A stretch of DNA of 64,000 nt, taken from the NCBI GenBank assembly GCA_965249725.1, contig OZ252251.1, positions 1 to 64,000 on the forward strand, read 5' to 3'. The DNA comes from Longimicrobiales bacterium (lineage in GTDB: Bacteria > Gemmatimonadota > Gemmatimonadetes > Longimicrobiales > Gaopeijiaceae). The position numbers and the translations under genes were made by a program. Under the pieces are notes generated by a model. That model searched no databases. It was given only the letters and a program-made list of their open reading frames with translations, and was not told the DNA's origin. Below are positions 57,102-64,000 of the stretch, in pieces (the first letter of the stretch is position 1; the number at the start of each line of letters is the position of its first letter).

Positions 57102-59321
57102 ATGAAGTGGAAGCGCGTCGGTGTTCTGGGGCTGATCACGGTTGGCGCAGCCTCTGCGGCCCAGTTGGCCGACCGGTACGGGTCCCTTACGCAGGTAGAG
57201 GACCTGGAGTTGGTCACTCTGGATCGCCGCCAGCAGGCCGCGTCACGGCAGCTTCGGCGGATCGAAGGCCAGACCGAGGTCGTCATCGTCTTCTTCGATG
57301 AAGTCGCGGCCACGGACTGGAACTACCTGTCGCCGTTCTATCGCCCGCACCTCGCCGACCTCATCAATGCCGTCTCCTTCGCCGGGGCCAAGACGATCGG
57401 GCTCGACGTATACCTCGATCGCCGATGGGACGAGCTCAACGCCATGGATGGCGGCGACGACCGTCTCCATCAGGCCTTGGCCGACGCCGGCAACGTGATC
57501 CTGGTTTCTCTCGTGGTGGATTCCGAGGACGGGGGGTCACGGGTGCTTGCACGGCCGGACCCCTACTTCGCCGACGTGGCGGCCGGAGTGGCTTCGGCCG
57601 ACCTACCCACGCCATTCGAGACGATCCGTGACGGGACGCTGGCGGTCCGCTCGGGAGACGGACTCGCCCCGGGATTCGCGCTGGCGTTGTACGCCCACGC
57701 CAGGGGCCTGGATGTCCACGACATGATGGCCGATGCGCAGTCGACCGGACTTCTCTCCCTTCCAGGGCTTCCTGACGGCGTTGGCGAGGTACCCGAAGAC
57801 TGGTGGCAGCCCGGGACAACCCCCTCGACCTCGGCCATCTCGTTCCCGCTGCGCTTCGTAGGGCCCCCCTCACACATCGTGCAGGGCGAGATCGACGTGG
57901 CAACGTTCCAGGCCGTGGCATCCCAGAGTGCGGTGGGGCTCGCCTACATCAACCCCGATTTCTTCAAGGACAAGATCGTCCTTCTCGGCACCGGCTTTCA
58001 CGATTCCGACAAGTTTCGGACAGCGTACTACGACCTCCCCTACCGGGTGGTGGCGGAGGGCGATCAGTCCTTCCCGGACGACGCGCTGTTCGACTACATG
58101 TACGGGGTCGAGATCCACGCCCACGCGCTCCAGAACTTCATCGACGAGGAGTACCTGCGACCGCTCGGTGCGAGCGCCACATGGGTGCTGCTCCTGGGCC
58201 TCGCGTTCTCATCGGGTGGGCTGGTCTTCGTCCGAGGAGCCGCATGGGGCGGCGCAGCGACGGTGCTCCTCGGTCTGGGTTCCTACGGGGGCGCCTCGAT
58301 GGTCTACATGGCAGGGTTGGGCGGCATAGAGCCCTACCTCTGGATTCCCATCGTCACGCCCATGGTGGCTCTCGGGCTTTCCTACCTGACGTCTACGGCC
58401 TACGTGGCCATCGTTGAAGGCAAAGAAAAGCGGTTCATCCGGAGTGCCTTCGGCAAGTACGTCTCCCCGACGGTGGTGGGCCAGATCTCGGAGAACCCCG
58501 ACGCCCTGAAGCTCGGTGGCAAGAAGGTGCCGATCACCGTGCTCTTCTCCGATCTGGCGGGCTTCACCGACATGTCCGAACGGATGGACGCCGAGGAGCT
58601 CATCGCCCACCTCAACCAGTACCTCTCCGAAATGACCGACCTGGTCATGGCCGAGGAAGGCACACTCGATAAGTACATCGGTGACGCGATCATGGCGTTC
58701 TGGAACGCGCCGACGCCGGTGCCGGACCATGCCGACCGAGCTCTTCGATGCGCCATCCTCATGCAGAGGAAGATGGACGACCTCAACGAGCGTTGGCTCG
58801 GCCACGACGCCGAAGCGGAGACGATGGTAGTGCGTATCGGGCTCAATACGGGTGAAGTCGTGGTAGGAAACGTCGGGGGTAAAGACCGCTTCGACTACAG
58901 CGCCATAGGGGACGCAGTAAACCTCGGGGCCCGGCTGGAGCCAGCCAACAAATCGTACGGCACGCTGGTGATGGCCTCGGAGAATACGGTCCAAGCAGCT
59001 CGGCGCGAGAATTTCCGGCTACGCGTACTAGACTTCATGACGGTGAAGGGCAAGATCGAGCCCGTTTCCGTCTATGAGGTCCTGGAGATGGCGGGAGTGG
59101 CGCTGCCGCCTGAGAAGGAAGAGGCCCTCGAGCACTATGAGGCCGGTATGAAGGCCTATCGGGGTCGGGACTGGGAGTTGGCCAGAGAGTACTTCAAGGC
59201 CGCCGTAGACTCGGATCCCGGTGACGGCCCATCGAAGTTGTATATGGAGAGATCAAACGAGAACATCGCCAACCCTCCGCCTGCGGACTGGGACTTCGTA
59301 GTCCGCCGGACTGCGAAATAA
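57102..59321 (+). CDS. CHASE2-domain class III adenylate cyclase
   Basis: GAKTIGLD, KDKIVLLG, YGVEIHA, 3 TMs, LFSDLAGFT, DKYIGDAIMAFW, DYSAIGDAVNLGARLE. Confidence 0.95.
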   Translation: MKWKRVGVLGLITVGAASAAQLADRYGSLTQVEDLELVTLDRRQQAASRQLRRIEGQTEVVIVFFDEVAATDWNYLSPFYRPHLADLINAVSFAGAKTIGLDVYLDRRWDELNAMDGGDDRLHQALADAGNVILVSLVVDSEDGGSRVLARPDPYFADVAAGVASADLPTPFETIRDGTLAVRSGDGLAPGFALALYAHARGLDVHDMMADAQSTGLLSLPGLPDGVGEVPEDWWQPGTTPSTSAISFPLRFVGPPSHIVQGEIDVATFQAVASQSAVGLAYINPDFFKDKIVLLGTGFHDSDKFRTAYYDLPYRVVAEGDQSFPDDALFDYMYGVEIHAHALQNFIDEEYLRPLGASATWVLLLGLAFSSGGLVFVRGAAWGGAATVLLGLGSYGGASMVYMAGLGGIEPYLWIPIVTPMVALGLSYLTSTAYVAIVEGKEKRFIRSAFGKYVSPTVVGQISENPDALKLGGKKVPITVLFSDLAGFTDMSERMDAEELIAHLNQYLSEMTDLVMAEEGTLDKYIGDAIMAFWNAPTPVPDHADRALRCAILMQRKMDDLNERWLGHDAEAETMVVRIGLNTGEVVVGNVGGKDRFDYSAIGDAVNLGARLEPANKSYGTLVMASENTVQAARRENFRLRVLDFMTVKGKIEPVSVYEVLEMAGVALPPEKEEALEHYEAGMKAYRGRDWELAREYFKAAVDSDPGDGPSKLYMERSNENIANPPPADWDFVVRRTAK

Positions 59322-59341
59322 GGGACCCATTGGAGTCAGTC

Positions 59342-60316
59342 ATGAAGAAGCTTCTCATCGCAACAACCTCGTTCCTACTCCTCGGAGCCAGCGCGGAGCT
59401 CCCCACAGGGCCCCAAGCAGAGCCCCCCGCAGAGCCCCAAGCAGAGCCCCCCGCCGGGTCCCCGTTCCAAGAGGCGCCGGCTGCCGTCGTGGTAAGCGTA
59501 CAGGGAGCTGTCGAGGTCGTCCTCGGCGGCGCCCCCCCAACGGCTGCGGCCGTCGGAACCCGACTCGCAAGTGGGGACCAAGTGATCCCGGAGGGTGGGG
59601 TGGCCACCATCGTGCACGCCAGTGGTCGGACGGAGCGCGTGACCGAGACCCTGACCATCCCGTCCGCATCAGGGGACACGGAGGCGGGAGCCTTTTCGAG
59701 AACCGTTCGGGTTCTCGCCAGCGCGGCCACGACCGACGCCCGAGGGAATCCGAATAGACAGGGGATGATCCGCCCGATCCCGGGCGAGCCGGTGTTGATC
59801 GCACCCCGCAATGGCCTGCGGGTCATGGGCGTGCGTCCGACCTTCGCATGGCACTCCGTCGAAGGCGCGACGGAATATCGGATCCAGGTCCGCAATCTCG
59901 CCGGAGGCATGGCTCGGTACGAGGCCTCCGATACGACCTGGTCTCTCCCGACCGACGCTCCCGACCTGGAGCGCGGTCAGACCTACGCATGGACCGTGGC
60001 ACCCTCAGGGTCGGGCCGTCCCACGAGGGAACAGCGATTCATGGTGCTCGGCGAGGACGAGTACGGTGAGGTAGCCGGAGCGCTCGAGTCCCTTACGGCC
60101 GCGGGCCTCGATCCCGCCGGTGCCGGAGCCCTGATGGCCACCGCGGTCTTCCGCGAGGTGGGCCTCTTCTATGACGCATCGTCCACCCTGGCCGGCATGG
60201 GCGAGGAGGAGTTGAGCGCCGACGTATTCCTGTTGAAGGGCGAGATCCTGGACGCCCTGGGCGACCTCGAGGGAGCGGGCGCAGCTTTCGACAAGGCCGA
60301 TCGGCTGATGCGATGA
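59342..60316 (+). CDS. Exported DUF928-like protein with FecR-like N-terminal region
   Basis: Signal peptide; VVVSVQGAVEV..L.SGD; RPTFAW, LERGQTYAWTV, GLFYDA; contains a 24-bp-period repeat at 59411-59454. Confidence 0.7.
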   Translation: MKKLLIATTSFLLLGASAELPTGPQAEPPAEPQAEPPAGSPFQEAPAAVVVSVQGAVEVVLGGAPPTAAAVGTRLASGDQVIPEGGVATIVHASGRTERVTETLTIPSASGDTEAGAFSRTVRVLASAATTDARGNPNRQGMIRPIPGEPVLIAPRNGLRVMGVRPTFAWHSVEGATEYRIQVRNLAGGMARYEASDTTWSLPTDAPDLERGQTYAWTVAPSGSGRPTREQRFMVLGEDEYGEVAGALESLTAAGLDPAGAGALMATAVFREVGLFYDASSTLAGMGEEELSADVFLLKGEILDALGDLEGAGAAFDKADRLMR

Positions 60317-61700
60317 CGAAACTCCTGATCTTCGCGCAGGCCGGGAGTGCGTCGGAGGCATTGGCCGCTCTGGGCGAGGGGGTGGAGGTAGTAGGGGTCT
60401 CCGGCCTTGCCGAGATCTCCGCGCGCGACCGACCGGCGGTGCTGGTCCTCTCCGACGACCTCTGCGAGACGGGTGATGTGGGGTCCGTGCCGAGTCATGT
60501 GACCATTCTGGCCGACGGCACCAGCGCGAGGGAGGCCGCCGACGCGGCCGGTCGCCTCTTTCTCGGATTGGATGACCTGAGTAGTGACGAGGCGCGTTAC
60601 CGCGCGGTCCGCTCGGCCATGCGGGCTTCGGCGAACGACCTGGCAAGAAGGAGAGCGGACGCGCAGCTGAGCCAAGTCCATGGGGACCTGAGGGAGCTGA
60701 ACAAGGTCGGCATGGCCCTCATGAGCGAACGCGATCCCGACTCGCTGCTCGGCATGATCCTCACACAGGCCCGACGGCTGACCAACAGCGACGCCGGCAG
60801 CCTGTACCTGGTCGAAGAGGGGGAGGACGGGGAGCAGACGCTTCACTTCTTGCGAGCCCAGAACGCCTCCCTTCCCGATCTGCCCACCCCGGACTTCTCG
60901 TTGCCTTTCGACGAGACCAGCGTGGCGGGCTTCACGGCACTGCACGGCGACCCGCTCGTCATCGACGACGCCTACGAGATTCCCGACTCCGAGCCCTACT
61001 CTTTCAACCGTGGGTTCGACGAGGAGGTAGGATACCGGGCCAAGTCGATGCTGGTCGTTCCCATGAAGGACCACCGGGACTCGGTCGTGGGCGTACTTCA
61101 GCTCATCAACCGGAAATCGGACGTACTGGCCGTTATCAGTGACGAAGCCTCCGCGGAGGAGCACGTGCTCCCGTATGAAACCCGAGAGGTGGAGCTGGTT
61201 CAGTCTCTTGCTGGACAGGCCGCCGTGTCCATCGAGAACGGGCAGCTCTATCGCGACATCGAGCACCTGTTCGAAGGATTCATCAAGGCGGCGGTCATCG
61301 CGATCGACCAGAGGGATCCCACCACTTCGGGACACTCGGTGCGCGTGGCCACCCTGACCTGCGACATCGCCGAGGTGGCCGATGGTGCGGGAGAGGGCCC
61401 CTTCAAGGACACCTCCTTTACCCGGGAGCAGATGAAGGAGCTGCGCTACGCAGGACTCCTTCATGACTTCGGCAAGGTCGGAGTTCGCGAGAACGTCCTC
61501 GTGAAGTCCAAGAAGCTGCCCCCAGTGCTAGTCGAACGAATCGAGGCACGCTTCGACCTGATCCGGCGCACCCTCGAGTCGGACTTCCACCAGAAGAAGG
61601 CCGAACATCTTCTCGCTCACGGCAAGGACGGTTTCGAGGTACTCCAGCAAGGACTGGAGGAGGCGTACGAAAGCTCCCTCGAACAGCTGGACGATCTCGG
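60313..61700 (+). pseudogene. GAF + HD(-GYP-like) phosphohydrolase, C-terminally truncated
   Basis: DAGSLYL, KSMLVVPM, QLINRK, TSGHSVRVA, LLHDFGKVGV; similarity lost at about 61700, then out-of-frame read-through to 62319. Confidence 0.82.
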
Positions 61701-62326
61701 AAGTGATGAACACGGTGCGGGCACAGTCCGCCGGATCGGTTTCGGATCAGGACCAGCTCGAGGCCATCTTCGACATGGAGAAGGGGCTCGTATTCCAGAT
61801 CCTGGACGTGCTCGGGGCCGCGCTGACTCCGGCAGAGCGCGAGGCCATCAACGAGAACCGGGCCGAGAGCATCCTGGCCTTCCTCGCTTACGGCGAGGGC
61901 CTGATGGCCATGGACCGAGGGGACTTCCAGGGAGCCTCCGACCTGTTCCAGCAGGCGGCGTCCATCGATCCGTCGTTCGATGCTGCGGCGTCGGCCACTA
62001 CCGAGGCCCAGAGCCTCGACGACGCTTCGACGACCAGCACCACGGAGATCCAGGACGCTTCGGCCGGAGAGACGGGGGCTGTGACCGGTGTCGCCGATGC
62101 AGGCGATATCGTTCCGACCGACAACCTGCTCCAGGAGACCTCGCAGGACGTGAACCCGAGCGCGACGTCTGCTGTCATCGACCAGGGCACGACGACGACG
62201 GCGGGAGACGAAAACCAACAGGCGGCAGAGCGCGACGCGACGCAGGCGGCCACGCAGCAGGAGGGCACTGCAGCCACCACCGCACGCGTCACGATCAGTG
62301 TGCGGCGGCCGGGAGGTGACCGATGA
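61700..62326 (+). pseudogene. C-terminal part of a helical-repeat (TPR/CsgG-HfaB-associated-like) protein lacking its N-terminus
   Basis: IFDMEKGLVFQILDVLG..LTPAER...LAFLAYGEGL..DRGDF..A..FQQA..IDPSF; no signal peptide or RBS. Confidence 0.62.
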
Positions 62327-63478
62327 GGACTCGACGCCACTCGCTGCTCACGCTGCTGGCCTTTGGTGCGGTGGGAGCCTTCGGCATGGAACAGCACGTC
62401 GCGGCCCAAGCCAATGCACAGAGCATCGGTGTCTCGGGCCATCTTCCAAGGCTACGATTTCGATAATTCGCTGGGCGTCGACGGGGCCCAGCTCCTCATG
62501 ACCCCGATCGCCTATCGTCTCCCGATAGGTGACAGGTTCTCGGCGGAACTGTTCGCCGCCTGGGCGGAAGGTCGGGTCCAACGAAACGGACAGGTCTCGA
62601 CTCTCAGCGGTCCCGTGGACACCAGAGTGCACATGGGGTACCGGGTCTCGTCCAAGGCCATCGTGACGGTGAGCGTCAATCTGCCCACCGGCAACGTCAC
62701 GCACGACTCTGAAGAGGCCGTGGTGGCCTCCGTCCTGTCGTCCGACATCCTCGGCTTCCGGGAGTCGAACTGGGGCACCGGAGCCTACGTCACGACCGGC
62801 CTTGCCACCGCGCAGCGGTTCGGCACCTGGGGTGTGGGCCTAGGCCTGAGCTATCGAGCGGCGGACGGATTCGAGCCGCGATCCGATACGAGCCTGACCT
62901 ACTCGCCCGGCAACGAGCTTCGGGCCAGGCTCGGTGTGGACCGCAACGTGGGTGAGACGGGCAAGTTCACCGCGGGTTTCACGCTGCAGTCCTTCGCCTC
63001 GGACGAGTTCGGCGGACGCAACCTCTTCCAGTCCGGCAATCGGGTGAGGGTCGACGCCGCCTATTCCTTCCGTGCCGGAAGTACTACCTGGAGCATCTCG
63101 GCCGCAGACGTGTGGCGCGCCGAGGGTGACTTGAGCCTGCAGATCATCAACTCCAGCGGTGCCGCGGTAGGAGACTCTATTGTCGCCACCAATACGCAGA
63201 ACCTCATCTTCGCGAGCCTCAACGGTGCCATCCCCATCGGTTCGACCATCTACCTGCGGCCGGTCATCGACTTCCGATTCCAGCAGATCGGCACGTCGCC
63301 CGGAGAGGTGGACATCGGTGGCAACTGGATAGCGGGTGGAGGCTTCAGCATACCCATACGACTCCTGGGGGTGGACGTCTTCCCCCGGGTTAAGGTGAAT
63401 GTGGGGCGCCTCAAGGCCGCGGACGGTACTACTCATGGGGCTTTGGGAGTAGAAGCGTCCGGGACCGTGCGATTCTAG
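62323..63478 (+). pseudogene. Outer-membrane beta-barrel protein with an apparent frameshift after the signal peptide
   Basis: GGAGG and ATG 62323 give MRTRRHSLLTLLAFGAVGAFG...AAQ, which stops at about 62466; the barrel body (AIFQGY...GTVRF) is in the +1 frame. Confidence 0.7.
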
Positions 63479-63513
63479 CGACGATTTCGCATTCGAGCGG
63501 TCGTGCGACCGCG

Positions 63514-63549
63514 GACGCGCCCGACGTTCAGTCGGGCGCGTCTTTTCTT
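63514..63549 (+). terminator. Rho-independent terminator
   Basis: GACGCGCCCGAC-GTTCA-GTCGGGCGCGTC-TTTTCTT. Confidence 0.85.
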
Positions 63550-63575
63550 GTGGAGAGCACACCGGAGCTACTGTC

Positions 63576-64000
63576 GTGAAGATCGCCATCAACACGGGAG
63601 GAGGAGACGCCCCAGGCCTCAACGCGGTCATCCGGGCCGTGGTTCTATCGGCGATCAACCTCGGCTGGGAAGTATACGGCATCCGCGACGGATATCAGGG
63701 GCTGTTCGAGGATGACGGCGTGGTGCCCCTGACCAACGACACCGTCCGTGGCATCACCCATCTCGGCGGTACGATCCTCGGCACCACCAACCGGGGCAAC
63801 CCGCTGGAGTGGCCCGTGGAGCAGGCGGACGGATCGGTCGAGTTGATGGACCGCTCCGATGAGGTCATCGAGGAGTTCAGCCGTCGGGGACTGGACGCCC
63901 TCATCGCCATCGGCGGGGACGGCTCCCTCAGCATCGCGTCGGTGCTGGCCGAAAAGGGACTCTCGGTCGTGGGAGTGCCCAAGACGATCGACAACGACCT
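63576..64000 (+). CDS. pfkA: 6-phosphofructokinase, 5' part (runs off window end)
   Basis: KIAINTGGGDAPGLNAVIRA, GGTILGTTN, IGGDGS, VPKTIDND; not in the ORF track. Confidence 0.95.
   Translation, partial: MKIAINTGGGDAPGLNAVIRAVVLSAINLGWEVYGIRDGYQGLFEDDGVVPLTNDTVRGITHLGGTILGTTNRGNPLEWPVEQADGSVELMDRSDEVIEEFSRRGLDALIAIGGDGSLSIASVLAEKGLSVVGVPKTIDND

Noticed and set aside
57075..57102. CRP-like site near the cyclase gene
   Set aside because: Only an imperfect TGAC...GTCA inverted repeat that does not fit TGTGA-N6-TCACA.
55149..59321. Caspase plus cyclase as a CBASS/Pycsar-type immune system
   Set aside because: The cyclase is a membrane CHASE2 sensor type with adenylate-specific residues, and the protease looks exported and lacks SAVED/CARF domains.
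60313..62319. 668-aa ORF as a novel domain fusion
   Set aside because: The part after about 61700 is Arg/Gly/Pro-rich off-frame read-through of another gene.

Overview
GC-rich bacterial chromosome window, all protein-coding plus short intergenic spacers. I found no rRNA, tRNA, CRISPR array, transposase or integrase. Gene content suggests Gemmatimonadota (inference only). In order: (1) 1-5519, a coupled accessory type II fatty-acid operon (enoyl reductase, FabH, FabA, FabZ-like, KS, atypical ACP, PlsC-like acyltransferase, PPTase); (2) an OprC-like TonB receptor preceded by a His/Cys-rich CruR/DUF2946-like leader ORF; (3) a PP2C-FHA-Ser/Thr kinase-lipoprotein module; (4) an S9 peptidase lacking the catalytic His, IorAB and a DUF5916 protein; (5) housekeeping and metabolic genes (amidase, metZ, queG, GT2, lat, queE, Nudix, M28, GyrA/ParC, ECF sigma/anti-sigma, PLP decarboxylase); (6) a paa epoxidase cluster with a PaaR-type operator; (7) 49.3-63.5 kb, a candidate trans-envelope cAMP signalling island (cNMP-binding pseudo-phosphatase, large surface lipoprotein, MBL-fold hydrolase, exported caspase-like protease, CHASE2 adenylate cyclase, exported DUF928-like protein, GAF-HD protein, helical-repeat protein, beta-barrel); (8) pfkA at the edge. 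The window also holds about eight gene remnants, deletions or frameshifts, mostly missed by the ORF track, indicating ongoing gene erosion or assembly artefacts. All family calls come from motif recognition by eye; no searches were run.
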